From NCBI GenBank assembly GCA_964255285.1, contig CAXUUL010000073.1:1-37423 (forward strand): DNA of 37,423 nucleotides, read 5' to 3'. Below are positions 1 to 12,262 of the stretch, in pieces. A model generated the notes under the pieces. It saw only the letters and a program-made list of their open reading frames with translations, was not told the origin of the DNA and did no database searches. The position numbers and the translations under genes are program-made. Positions within the stretch are counted from its first letter, which is position 1, and each line of letters begins with the position of its first letter. The stretch is from Ionaspis alba (Eukaryota).

Positions 1-730
1 CCCCCGCAACCTCCTTCTCCCCAATCCCCCTCATCCTCAAAACATCCATCCACTCGGGTACCGAAATCCCCATCAATCACACCACGAGGCTCTACCTTCT
101 GTGATGACGGATACCAAGAGCCCTCATCCTCATCCCTATGATAACGACTCCCCGACCCTGGCGGCTCGTACCACGCGCTGCCTTGGCCATTGTTGTAGTA
201 TCTACTTCCGTCATCGTTGTTGTAGTAGTAGCCACCGTCTTGATTGGAGTAGTGATAAGGATTGGGGTTGCGAGGCGTGTAGGTTGGGGTCGAGTAGTTG
301 CGGGTGCAATAATGGTTACCCTGCGGTTATATGTCTGTTAGCGGAGGAGAGAGGAAATCGGATGTGGGTTTCGTAGTGAGCTGTGTGTATCGAGGAGTTC
401 TAGCGTGATGAGGGTATGACTTTGAGAGGATGTGTGGAGGATGGGGTCGGGGAATGAAGGTACCTGATCGTTTATGCCGGAGGAGGTCACGGTGTAGGGA
501 CGACGGGGGTAATGGTTGGTAGACCGGGAGGACTGGCTTGGTTCAGGGAGCTGGTCGTTATGGACGGATTGGTTTTCGCTGGAGGACGGGCTTATGCTGG
601 GCAAGTGTAGAGCTTGATGTACTAGGTCCTCAAGATACTGCTTGTCGCTTTGAGACAGTTGAGACGACAGGAACGGATTGTTTGACCCTATTGGGAGGTC
701 GTTGCCAAGGTTTTGCTTCGATGGAGACAT
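1..730 (-). CDS. Small fungal Tyr/Asn/Ser/Gly-rich hypothetical protein, extended copy (3' end runs off the window). Exons 730-464, 320-<1
   Basis: ATG at 730; GT donor at 463; CTAAC branch and CAG acceptor at 321. The spliced product reads ...YTVTSSGINDQ|GNHYCTRNYSTPTYTPRNPNPYHYSNQDGGYYYNNDDGSRYYNNGQG... and is open to position 1. Clearly paralogous to the gene at 1188-1527. Confidence 0.75.
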
Positions 731-1187
731 GTTGCAAAGATGCAGCCGGTAGTCAGCTACGCTCGCTCGAAAAGTTTTTTTTGGAATTGCTGAAATGTGA
801 TTCTATTGGCACCAAAGCACTTCGTAGCGGAGATGTGAAAAGCCAATGGGAAAAAACAGGTTATATTTGGCTATAAAATTGCCAAGAGGAAGCAGCGATC
901 CTAAGCTGAAGAGCCAGAAAGGAAAGAGGAAGGGAGTGAGGAGCTGGGCAGACAGGGCGTGACACCTGCTAAGGTTCGGTCATAACAGCTGTGCAGTACT
1001 AGAACATTGGAAAGCTCTTTTGAAACGATACTGCCGGATTGGCTAGTCTGAAAGCTCAATCGACTCTCTATCTTCTCTTAAACAACACGACTCATGCCCA
1101 TGTTACAGCCGACACCACGAGACACCCCCAGACACGCTTCAAATCGATCCAGATCACGCATCACGCCAAGTCCCTACTCGCGACTGC

Positions 1188-1527
1188 TCATTTCTTAGCA
1201 CCAGTCGGATTGTAGTCCGAGTAGCCCTTCCCGTCATTGTGGTAAGTACTGCCATTGGGATTGGAATAGTAGTAGCTGCCGTCTTTGTTGGAATAGTGGT
1301 AGGAGTTGCTGTTCTTGGGTGTATAAGACTGGGTCGAGTAATCGCGAGCGCAGTAGTGATTGCCCTGGCACTCCTCAGCAGCAGTCTTTCATCGGGTGTT
1401 GAGTCCATGGCATGTATAGAGGTCATAAGTGCAACGGGGGTAAGGCAACTACCTGGTTGTTTTCTCCAGAGGATTTTACGGTGTATGATTGGCCGGAGTT
1501 GTTGGAGGATTGGCTGGATTGAGGCAT
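1188..1527 (-). CDS. Small (83 aa) Tyr/Asn/Ser/Gly-rich hypothetical protein. Exons 1527-1453, 1364-1188
   Basis: MPQSSQSSNNSGQSYTVKSSGENNQ|GNHYCARDYSTQSYTPKNSNSYHYSNKDGSYYYSNPNGSTYHNDGKGYSDYNPTGAKK*. Phase-0 GT-AG intron 1452-1365. Exon 2 is absent from the ORF track in this frame. Confidence 0.85.
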
Positions 1528-2049
1528 TGCGCTGTTGGAGATCTGTTTCTGTCGTTCGTAGCTTGTGGAACTAGCGGTGAGCAGTGATATGTGAGTATTT
1601 CCTCTCAAGAATGAAGAGATAGAGGACGGGAAAAGGCGGGGCGGTGAACGGTTTATATGGCCAGCTGAAGTGGCTTGCTTGGCGCTGCCGGAAGTCACAG
1701 TCACACAAAGCAGGCGCTTAGCAGCACAAGGTAAACAAACGAGACAAGGCTGGAAAGAAGTACTGTGCTCATGACTCGGTCTCCTGCATGCGCTTGCTTC
1801 TGCTCAATGACCTTTTGTTGATGTCGTTTGGGGAAACTAGGATAAGATGGTGTCCAAACACCTCGCGCTAGGATGGGCTCTAAGTCAGGGGCCGTCCGCT
1901 GCTTTGGCGGTTGTATAACGTGATCCAGTTTGTGTTTGGATCTAATTACCATTTAGTCTAGAATAGTTTCCAAGTAGTCTACCTCAGGATCACCTCAATT
2001 CTGTCTCAAGACCCATAATCGACCTCAAGACAATTCTCATCAAACCTCT

Positions 2050-3470
2050 TTACACCATCATTGGCGGGCCACCAAAGTCTCCCACAGCCCCCATCCCAGC
2101 ACCAACTCCCATCCCTAACCCGGGCAACACCTCACCCTCCAACGGCGGGAAAATCGGATGCATAGCAAACACTGGACCTTTACTCTCCTCGCCATCAAAA
2201 AGCACCCAGTTCTGAATTGGCTGCTCTTTTCCCCCAACCACATTGATGACATCCTGAGCCAACATACCTCCCAGGAATGCACAAACAGGCGACAACTCCG
2301 AGCCTACATTCTGCAAGAAAGACCGCAGGAAATCGGCGCGCAGTGTCTCGGTGGGGAGTTGTAGCTCCTTGTGCTTCTCGGTTGCTAATCTGGTGAAGAG
2401 CTCGAGGTCTTTGTGCGAGTGCGTGGGGTAGAGACTCGTGGTGAGGGCTTGGTATTCCCAGAGGGCGCGCAGGCAGGAGAGGAGAGGTGGGACGGCGCGC
2501 TTGCGTCTTAAGCTTGATAAGTGGTAGGGAGGTAGCGGTGAGGTGTTGGCTAAGAGGAGAGGGGTGTAGAGTTCGCGCTTGGTGACGTATTCCGTAATTT
2601 TTCCATCTTCGTTGCGGGTTGTGGTGGCAACGATGGAGCGGGTGGCGGACTCGGGACCAAGCTTGGTCGGGATGTTGGATTTGCTCCGCGTTATGATGTA
2701 GTCGTGCGTAATTAGGTCGGCGAAGATGTAGCCGTAGAGGCCATAACTCTGGGCGGCGTAGAAGGGCCGCGAGGAGATGCGGCAGGAGCCGTTGATGGGT
2801 GAGAGAGTGGAAAGTGGGAGGTCGGTAGCGATTGTGAGAGTAAAGGGAGCGAAGAATTCCGGAGGCTGAGAGAGGATGGGCGCGGTGATGGCGTGGAGCT
2901 GGACGCGGGGGTTGAGTTTTTGGATCTGGGGGAGGGCGGCTTGTGCTCGCTATGGGAGTGGTTAGTGGTCGAGAGACCTGGAACGGGTGCTGGGGAGATA
3001 GTCGTACGTTCATGCCAATGTGCTGTTCGGAAATAAAGAATTGAGCCCCCAGATCATCTTCTGTGACGAGCTCATCGTCAACAAAAGTGAGGGAGCCAAT
3101 TCCTGCTAGGACAAGGTTCTTTGCAATCTCATTTGCCAGGGCTTTCATGCCAATAAGGAGGATATTGGCAGTCCGCAGCCTTCGTAGTATTGTTAGTTCA
3201 AGGTCGAAAGCTGGGAGAAGTAAATGAGGACCGACTTCTCTTGCGCTTTTACCCCCCAAAGCCGTATTTGCCGATCATAAAGAGCAATTTCATCTGAAAG
3301 TGGTCAATTTAGACTGTCTGATATAAATGACTTCTTTCGAGCGAACAAGTACCTGCGGTGATGGATTGGTCCTGTGTACTACTTGCAGGAGCAGGTTCCT
3401 GGACAATTGTGCTGCTTGATGCTTCACTTGATGGGCGAGCCTCACTCATTGGAGGTCGAGATGGATCCAT
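2050..3470 (-). CDS. AOS1: SUMO-activating enzyme E1 subunit Aos1/SAE1 (ThiF family). Exons 3470-3353, 3293-3236, 3179-3008, 2949-2050
   Basis: DEIALYDRQIRLWGVKAQEKLRTANILLIGMKALANEIAKNLVLAGIGSLTFVD; RAQAALPQIQKLNPRV; C-terminal ELSPVCAFLGGMLAQDVINVVGGKEQPIQNW. Three GT-AG introns keep the frame. Confidence 0.92.
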
Positions 3471-4176
3471 GTTGCAGGTGAGATTGCGTGAAAATTGCTC
3501 CAAAGTTTTAGTGACAATCGAGTATCACTATGAAAAGTGTCAAAAAGTGTCACGCAGTGACCTGTACGTGTCCCTCTACAATACATTGGGTGTAAACGGA
3601 AAGCAAACAGAAGAGCCCGGATGCCGTCACTGAACGGCAGCTGTTTTAGCGGGGTCGCGGAAGTGAAAGAATTAACCGAACCCCCCGGGGCAGCCCCCAC
3701 CCTTACCACGATAAGCTAAGGTCGAGGCGTACCTTAACCGTTAGCCGATCTCGCGAGGGGTCTCCGTCCAGTCATCGATGGTGTCTTGTGAGTATATGTG
3801 GTGTGGCCTCCGCATTGACAAACCTCTCCCACTGATTGGTTACTTGTAAGTGAGCCTGTCGTGTCACTCCAACCTACTGCATTTCGTTGTTATGGCACTT
3901 TCTCGAGGTTGTCACTAAAGGGTGTTACGCTAGGATCTTCAACGTGTGACGAACAACCTCAACCAAGCTGTTACTCTGACAGTGTGAGCTTTATCGCAGT
4001 AGCGTCACTTGGTCCTCGATAGCTCCGCAAAAAGTGAACAAGGAAAGTTGAGCACAACATTCACAACGAACAGAAGAATACGACAAGCCTGTCATTCCAG
4101 CGAGATCTCCTGTCACTATCATACGAGCTTGCTTTCTTCCAAAGTCGACAGAGCATATGAAGAGTTGGCAACAGCT

Positions 4177-5895
4177 ATGGACCGACAACCCTCAAGGAAC
4201 GCGCCAGAATGGCCAACACACCTCCCGGACTACATGACACTGGTCAACCAATCCCCAAGGACTCGTTCGCTCAACGCAGCGGCTCTACCTCAACCATTCC
4301 CAGAAGCCCAAGCTCCAACTTCCGCAATACGTTCTCGCCCTCGGCCTGCCCCTAGCTCGTTCTTACAAAGACATCGTCTGCGACGACGCCGTGAAGACGA
4401 CAACGCACTTTCGGAAAGCATCAGCTCAGTGCAGGATGCAGTCGATCGTCTGAATGAGGCGAGCTCGAACCTGGGACAACTTTTAGATCAACCAATACCC
4501 CGTGTCATGGCTCCGGATATGTACGCGGAGGAATATTCGGGTGAAGCTATTGTCAATAGGCAACGAGGTGTCAAACGCAGGAAGCTAGATTCGCAGCCGT
4601 TCAGACAGGGTTTCAGCTACGGATATCGTGGTCAAGTGGTTCCTGGGCCACTCAAGATGTCGATCGTCAGTTGCGATGGTGGACACCTGGCCGAAAATCA
4701 GCACAATAACCATCAAACGCACTATCTACCGGACAACATCCTTCGCAACGACATGAGTGTTTACTGCACCGAGAGAAGCGAGACCAGCATCATCCTCCGG
4801 CATTTCGTTGAAACTCCATTTTGCCTAACCAAAATCGTCATCAAAGCACCAGCAAGCGGCTTCACAGCACCGTAAGACAACTATCTCCCGTCCTCTCAAC
4901 CACAACTGACAATACCCAGAGTCCAAGAAGGCATGATCTTTATTTCCATGACTTCCGAAGACCTTCTTTCTCGAACTGCGCACTATCATCCCCACTCAAC
5001 TTCTCCACCTCCTCCAATCCACAGCACAATCCACTACCGAAACCAAATCATCGACAACGAAACGCAACTCCCAGAAGAAGATCCAGATGCCGAACCTGAG
5101 ACCCAGCTCAACGACCATGCTGCGTACCTCCACAACCAAGACATACTACGCTACCGCCAATGGCAAGCCACCCACCCATATAACGACCGTCCTCCCTCCC
5201 GCCGCACAGACTACCCCATTGCACGCCCCCTTTTTCCTCCTTACAATCGTCCTCGACTACGTCCCACCCACCGCCAGCTCGTCCTCGAGTCCACGGACAC
5301 CACTACCCCTACTCCCAACCAAACCGACTCAAATCACGCCTCCACGCATAGACGCCGTACCTTTCCACTTCCCTTCCGTATCGAAACCTCCTGCGACGAC
5401 CCCTCCGGCGACGAAGAAGAGGTCACCGAAGAAATTGTAATGACGGACCGTACCCGCCGCGCCCACATGATTCACCTGTCCTCTTCTTCAGATGACGATG
5501 ACGACGTGGACAGGAGCAGCTGGACGCGACGAAGAGTGCCGAGACTTACGAAACCCCGTGAAATTGAGTGGCGGGAGGACGAGGCGGTGGCAGCTAGGGG
5601 AGAAGGTAAGGAGGGGGAGCAGGTGATGTTGGTGCCGCATGCGACGTTTTTTATTGAGAGGGAGAAGTGTGCTGTTAGTGTCAAGTTTGATCCGCCGGTG
5701 TAAGTTATTCCCCGCCTAGCGATTGAAGGGTTGTTATGGAGTGGGAAAGGTGCTGACTGCAAGCGATGTAGGTCGGGGAAGTTCATACTTCTTAAGATGT
5801 GGGGGCTGGTACAAGATAAGAATATTGATATTCAAAGTGTTATTCCGTATGGGTTTGCAGGGACGAGGTATTTTCCGGCAGTGAAGATGATGTGA
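4177..5895 (+). CDS. Conserved fungal hypothetical protein with a probable discoidin/galactose-binding-like (muskelin N-terminal-like) beta-sandwich interrupted by a long low-complexity insert. Exons ~4177-4871, 4920-5699, 5772-5895 (start uncertain)
   Basis: Two GT-AG introns (4872-4919, 5700-5771) join ORFs 4009 and 4933 and a final exon. Conserved-looking blocks: LKMSIVSCDGG, YLPDNILRNDMSVYCT, PFCLTKIVIKAP..GFTAPVQEGMIFISM, PHATFFIE..SVKFDPPVSGKFILLKMW..NIDIQSV..YGFAG.RYFP. The fold assignment is inference. Confidence 0.7.
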
Positions 5896-6513
5896 CAAGG
5901 GTATTGGCCTTTTTGGAACAGGGAATTGTTCTATATACTGTGCAGTGGCCGAGGTGATGTGTATACCCGATTCGGTACCCAGCCACTATGATAGCCACTA
6001 GCGACTAGAAGAGACTCTCGAAAAGAAAAATGAAGCCTTTCTTCCTTACATGTTTTTGTGCTCATCACACCAGGGCCTACATTTAACAAAGTGGTTGCCA
6101 GACAAATAACTCTCGTGGGGCTAATTTGATAGTTCATAAATAGAGCCTCATCACAGGAAACCACCAGGTAATCATCCAATGCCAGACAACAAAAGGAAAC
6201 CAGCCTATCCCGAAAATTGCAACACAAAGATGCCTGCATGCAACTCACCCAGACGACAGATCGAGACTATGGACATAACATAAACAAACCTTACAAAAAG
6301 ACCCATCCAACCCGGCCTCGCGCAAGGCGAACCAAAAAGGTCTGAAAAAGTTCCATCACCAATACTCAAAACCCCAAGTATTCCAAAACCAAGATCCTCC
6401 TTTTCTAATAATGGCCACTACAAACCCAACAAATCCCAACCCATCTCTTCATAAACATCGTATCACATATCCCTCAACACCTCTCCCTCATTACCTTTTT
6501 CCTACCATCGCCA

Positions 6514-9195
6514 TCAACAAACCACCACATCCGCCGGATCAGACCCATGCACGCCACCCACAAAACCCCCATACCTACCATCGAGCCCAAACTCATCATC
6601 CAGTCCCATTCCAATCCCCGAATCATCATGCACATGCTGCGTCCCACCCATCGACTCGGCCTCGACCGTATCCTCGCGCGTGGAGCGACGTGTCGCTGCT
6701 TTCCCTTGTCTCTGCTCCTGACCATGACCCTTTCCCTGCTCTTGGAGCGGCTGAGAATCATGCCTAACGGTGGTATGACGCGAATCTCGTTCGAACCCAT
6801 CTTCTCCTTGTGGTAGCCCATTCTCCACCCCATGCCCACCTATCTCGGGACTAAAACTATGTCTCGCTCCTCCATTGCCCACACTGGCAGCCGTCCTGGG
6901 TCTTTCAACCCCAAACTCCCCTCCAACATCAAAGCCAAACGGCTGTGCTGCAAATCTATCCCTAGACTCAGGTCTCGGAGCTGGAACCATGCTGTCCGGG
7001 CCATAAGCCAAAAACCCGCCTTTCTCGGCTAGGTAGTAGGACAGCTCGTCGATGAAGAGCTTGACCCGCCACCAATTTCCCAGACTCGGGGCACCATTGA
7101 GCGTCAGGTTGCGGGAAATGTTGTTGCCGATAATGTCGATGTTCTGCAGGAGAGCGCGAGCGGGCAGACGGGGAAAGCGGGCGGGGAGGTGGGAGAGGAA
7201 TAGGGAGAGCCGCTCGAGGGGTGAAGACTGCGCCTCTGCGGAGTCGGCCGTCGGTGATTGTGGGGCTTCGAAGATGGTGCCCGCGCCGAGGTGGGCGGTC
7301 GCGCCAAGGGGTGTGAGGAGGTGTCGAACGTCTTGCGTTAGGATATGTAGAAGCCTCACATGGCCGTGGTGATCTAGCGCGTTCTGGATGACGTGATGCG
7401 GATTCACGTGTGAGACCCAGTCGTGCCAGAGCTGGTCGCGGTTATCCACGCTCTCGAGCACGCTGCCGACGTCTAGCGCGGCGCGATTGACACGTAGGAA
7501 GCGCTCGAGGATGCTGACAAAGATGTTGGCAGGGCCTAGCATGGCGTCTAGGATGTGCTGAGGTTGATTTTGGAAAAAGTGTGAGATCCAGGCGCAGATA
7601 TTCAGGGCTACATGTTCCATGTGGGCCATGGCTTTGCGGGGGACTTGGGTTAGCAGCACTTTATCGAGCATGGGGACCATGCGTTGGTATTTCAGCCAGT
7701 CACATTCGCGAATCCAGGAGGCGATACGTGGGTGTGCGAGGAGTTTTTGGCCGGGGACGGTAAGCAGGCCGACGAGGGATTTGTAACTGTCGCAGAGCTT
7801 TTCAGTTTTGCAGAAGCGGAAGTTGTCGATTGCGAGGAGGCAGTGGGAGCGGTAGACGGATGTGAGGGATGTTACTGCGTCGGCGTCGGTTCCTTGGGGG
7901 AGGTATTGGAGGATGCTTGGGAGCTGCAACTGATCATCAGATTGGCCAGGTGAGTCTAGAGGACTGGGGAATTGAAGCGGTCGAGAGATAATGACGGGAC
8001 GGGTTGACCGCGAGTTGGTGTCATTGTGCGTAGGTTGTAAGTAGAGAGACGATGAGGACATTGGTAAACGAGATGTTGGTATGGGCAGAGTTGGTGCTAG
8101 AGGACTATCTGGCGACGGAAACAGAGCTGGATCTGCAGGAAATTGATGTCGTAGGCTAGAAAGTGGCAGGCGTTAGCATTGTATCTACGTGCCGTTACAA
8201 GTCGCGGCTACCTTTGAAGTGACGCGACTTATGGTTGAGAACTTACTTTGAATTTGAAGGATTTTCTTGCACAAAAGGTGTATACCTATCGACTGCCACA
8301 CTTTGCGCTCTCTGTACAGGTACGTGATGCTCTTGTTGGTTCGTCTCCGTGTTCAAGGACAACTCAACGTAATGATACTTTGACTCCCCACGAATTCCCA
8401 GTCGACGTGTCTGAATTCCCGGAAAGATGATGCGAACTAGCTTTCCGAATGAAGCCGGGTTAAGAGGGGGCACTAGCTCGGTACCGCATCTCGTGGCGTA
8501 GGAAGAGAATACTCGATTTCGAGGAACAGAACTTGTTGACTTCTTACAGTGAGATGACAACCTGCACCGAAGTCAGTTTGAAAGCATAAAATTCAGTCAC
8601 GGATCACTCACCATAACATCCCAAATATCTGCTTGGTCTTTTCCGACTTAGGGCCTTTATCGTCCCTTATCACTTGTAAGGCGACTTCATGCAGGTCTCG
8701 TCCTTGATTTTCTCGATAGAGTCTTCGAAGCTCAATATCGTTTGCCTGGCTGGAAGCAGATCCCTTCTTTCTCTTACTACCGTCTCCTGTTTGCTCATCC
8801 TGATTGGGAGATTCTTTTCGCTCCTCCGGATGTTGAAATTCCCTGCTGTCAACAGGTTTAGTCGATATCTCAGACGAACCTGTTATTGGATGGTGATGGG
8901 GAATGTTGGTCGGGTGCTGCGCCGAGTCGTATTGCAGAGATGGATCTATCGCATATCCATTGTTTGACTGTGTGAGTTGCCGTGCAACCATCTCTTCTGG
9001 TGTGGCTCGGTGTGCGAGTGGTGGTTGCTGCTGGACCTGGAAAATAGGTTCAGACGTCTGGTGATAAAGATGCGCCGGCTGCGTAGCGTTTGACTGAATG
9101 CTGGTTGTCGATTGCCTTGACTTTGGTCGCGACATCGTACTGACGGAAGTAGATACCGATGTATTTGAGCGGGGTCTGGGAGATTTGGATCGCAT
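6514..9195 (-). CDS. RFX1: RFX-family winged-helix transcription factor (Rfx1/Crt1, Sak1, CPCR1-like). Exons 9195-8612, 8561-8247, 8155-6514
   Basis: RFX DNA-binding domain WLSSHC..SVPRNRVFSSYATRC...PLNPASFGKLVRIIFPGIQTRRLGIRGESKYHYVEL; downstream dimerisation-like region (YRSHC, WIRECDW). A further probable 5'-UTR intron lies at 9285-9233. Confidence 0.92.
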
Positions 9196-9889
9196 TTTCC
9201 AGTGTAAGAGTTTGTGCGCCTTGGTTTGAATTCTAATTGTGGGTGTTAGTTCCGCGGTGGATAAACAAAACTCGACAATGTTTACCTGCAGTACAAGCCT
9301 GTTTTGACGAGGGATGATTGTTCCGAAAGATATGCAACTATGCTAAATGCTATCCGGCGATGTCATGAGGACTCGGAATAATAGGCGTCCTAGGATAATA
9401 GTGTTGTTGTTTTGGTGGTGGAAAACAGACGAACGAGCGATCACGGCGACAGGTTCCCGTAAGTCCACCTGCTGTGGTATTCGAGATCAGATCTAACGAG
9501 GAGCAATTACTAAGTCCATTCACAATGCGCGAGCTCCTGCAATGTTCGAATATTGTCAGCTTCGCAGGCAAGGCGACTGCTCGATCGTGGTGGAGTATGG
9601 AGTAAACAAGAGGAGGTTGTTGGACCAACGAGGCTGGCTAGGATGCGGCGGGAAAAGCCCGAGCTCGCTTACCTAAAGCTTGGAAGGAGCTCGCTGTGAC
9701 GTTGCTACCTTTTCGCACATCACCACTCAACAGACACTACTGTCCTACTATTTCACAAGCCTCAACTGTCGCGAACTCTTCATCAACATCATCACTGTCG
9801 ACACAAGCAGTATCGTCAACAGCCCCTGATAACAAGTACTAGAGATCACACTTGATTCTACAAAGACATCGTCATTCCAAGCTACCATC

Positions 9890-10786
9890 ATGTCGTTCCA
9901 AGACCGTACCCAACACCAGATTGGTCAAATTGATAAGGAGGTCAGTCATTCAACCTAAAGAATTGGTAGACCGTGATGCTGGAGAATGTCATCAAACGGC
10001 ATGCCTCTGGACTTCTTTGCTCATACTGACATTCGACGATCACAGCTCTCCAAATACCCTATGCTCAACAATTTCGAGAAGCAGACATCGATCCCTAAAG
10101 TCTATGCTTTCCTCGGTCTCGCCGCTGTCTACTTCTTTCTTGTCTTCTTCAACATCGCCGGCGAGTTCCTCGTGAATATTGCTGGCTTTATCATTCCTGG
10201 ATACTATTCGCTGGACGCTTTATTCAGTGCAAGCAAGACGGATGATACACAGGTAAGCATTTTCATCGCCATAACTTCATCCCGAAATCATCGATGCTGG
10301 GGCATTCCTACCCTTTGAACACATACTGACTTCTCCCAGTGGTTGACAGTAAGTCTTGTGACCATCGAGTCCAGTTGCCTGATGGCTGCGTGGCATTTGA
10401 TCACAGCACGGGACTGATAACCTCTTAGTATTGGGTCGTGTATGCCTTTTTGACCGTGTTTGAAAGCGCCGTTAATGCTGTCTACTGGTTCCGTAAGTCT
10501 CGGCTCGCGTGACACTAGCAGAACATTCACTGATTGTACCAATTTAGCCTTCTATTACACATTCAAGTTTGTTCTCGTCCTCTGGATGTCGCTCCCTCAA
10601 TTTGGGTATGTGGGCCTGTTTGCACCTCAGTGTGTCACGATACTTATACAACTCTCTAGCGGTGCCCAAATCATCTTCCGCTCCTTCATTCAGCCAGTCT
10701 TTTCACGCTACTTCTCCCAGAGTGGTTCGACTGCTGCCAACCTCCGTTCCCAGGCAGACCAGGCCACCAAGCCCCACGCCATGTAA
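9890..10786 (+). CDS. YOP1: Yop1/DP1/REEP5 ER-shaping membrane protein. Exons 9890-9940, 10046-10252, 10340-10348, 10429-10492, 10548-10605, 10660-10786
   Basis: MSFQDRTQHQIGQIDKELSKYPMLNNFEKQTSIPKVY...GFIIPGYYSLDAL..DDTQWLTYWVVYAFLTVFES..YWFPFYYTFKFVLVLWMSLPQFGGAQIIFRSFIQP. Five GT-AG introns. Confidence 0.95.
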
Positions 10787-11212
10787 GGGACCTTTGAAGG
10801 AGACGATAAGAAATGGATCGGCGGATGGTCGGTCAGCATCTTTTGATGCAGGGGACGCGAAGAACGACACTTGTAATTTGGACGGAGCGTGTTGTGAATG
10901 CTGTGGACTTTCTTTGGCAAGCGTTATGAAATTCAGTACCCCGGAAGGTGTGCTGGTGTTCTCGGCGACTGCCGATTATTGTTGCGTGTATTCATACAGC
11001 GTAGCTGTCAATGCAAGCTTTTGAGGTGGAGAGCACAAGCTCGACCAACATACTGTGATACTCCTCGATTCAAACGGGTAATAAGCATGCAGAAGCCAGC
11101 CAGAAGACCATGTATTGTATGCCAAGGTATCTCTTTCTATCGGTTGCGCCATCTAGTAATCCAATCATGCTAGACCAAACACCAATAAAACGGCCGAGGA
11201 CAGAAAAGACGA

Positions 11213-11926
11213 TCAATACATTCCTACGCTCTTTGCCCATCCTTCTATTCTTGGATTCAGGTTGATCTGATAAGGGAATGGATTTGTTTCACTCGTTGTG
11301 ATAGGAGGTATGTGGTCTTTGTCGCGATTTACAATAGCAACGATCTTGAGCGCCGCTTTCTGTAGTGTCGAATCCATGGCTTTCGTGACCTTCATACGCT
11401 CTAAATTTCGTCACAATTAGTGTTTCTGCGTTTACAGCATAACTCAGGAACGAGGAGCTGACCAGTCTCTGTCTTAGGCGTTGCCAGCGTAACTTCCAGC
11501 CTCCATATCTCCCAGCAGATCTCCTCCTCCTGCTTTCCCCCAGTACCGAACCACCCGAGCCCTCCACCCTTCCGGCGCCTCTTCTCGAAGAATTGGACAC
11601 CTATTGAACCTCGCACACTGCTGTTGGGAGAAGTAGTTGAGGAGAGCTGGCGTGCGAGTTGGGCAGCTCGTGTATCGATGAGCGTTTGCAGTTCCTGGTC
11701 CCTTACAAGTGGGAGTGTAAGGTCTAGGACGTCGAGGATTCCAGGAGCAAGTGTTGGAAAATAGCGGTGGAAAAAGATAGTATGCAATATGCCTACAAAA
11801 GCCGTTAGTCAACTGTAGTACCGCTGCAACAAGAATCTGGCATGTTTGACCTCGAACAACGTCTTTAATGTTACCAGGGTCGGCAAATACTTCCAGCGTA
11901 TATTCTGGAGGCCGGCGCTGTTCCAT
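11213..11926 (-). CDS. ATG101: Autophagy-related protein 101 (HORMA domain, DUF1649). Exons 11926-11851, 11792-11463, 11400-11213
   Basis: GILHTIFFHRYF, QFFEKRRRK, WF finger (LGWFG), EEICWEIW, DHIPPI...PFPYQI. Confidence 0.92.
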
Positions 11927-12262
11927 GACACTTCGATACTCTACAGCCGGTGACACAAACTCCTGCAAGATGCGCAAAGCTAGGAATACTGTTGTGACAG
12001 TCGAGCAACGCGCACGGCTGGTGGAAGTAACGCATGATGGCCGCTGGCTCGTGCCCCTCTATCAAAGGAACAACAAGCCCCACCCGATATCTTTGGCGCT
12101 ACTTGTAGATCTCTCCCAACCACCCCTGTTTGTTTCACAGAAAATGAGCCGAGAATGAAGCATCATCGACGCATCACAAGCTCCAAGGCCCTACATTTTG
12201 ATCTCCTATATCTATACCACGATCACAACAGCTAGCTCTGCTGGCTTTGTAGCTTGTCGATC

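Noticed and set aside
101..1574. Plus-strand Val/Ile-rich 'membrane protein' ORFs (138-341, 1239-1574)
   Set aside because: They are antisense shadows of the TAC/AAC-rich codons in the two minus-strand Tyr/Asn genes.
2195..3259. 354-aa ORF with a long Pro/His/Arg tail
   Set aside because: Only the central part is AOS1 exon 3. The rest is intron read-through and an off-frame translation of exon 4.
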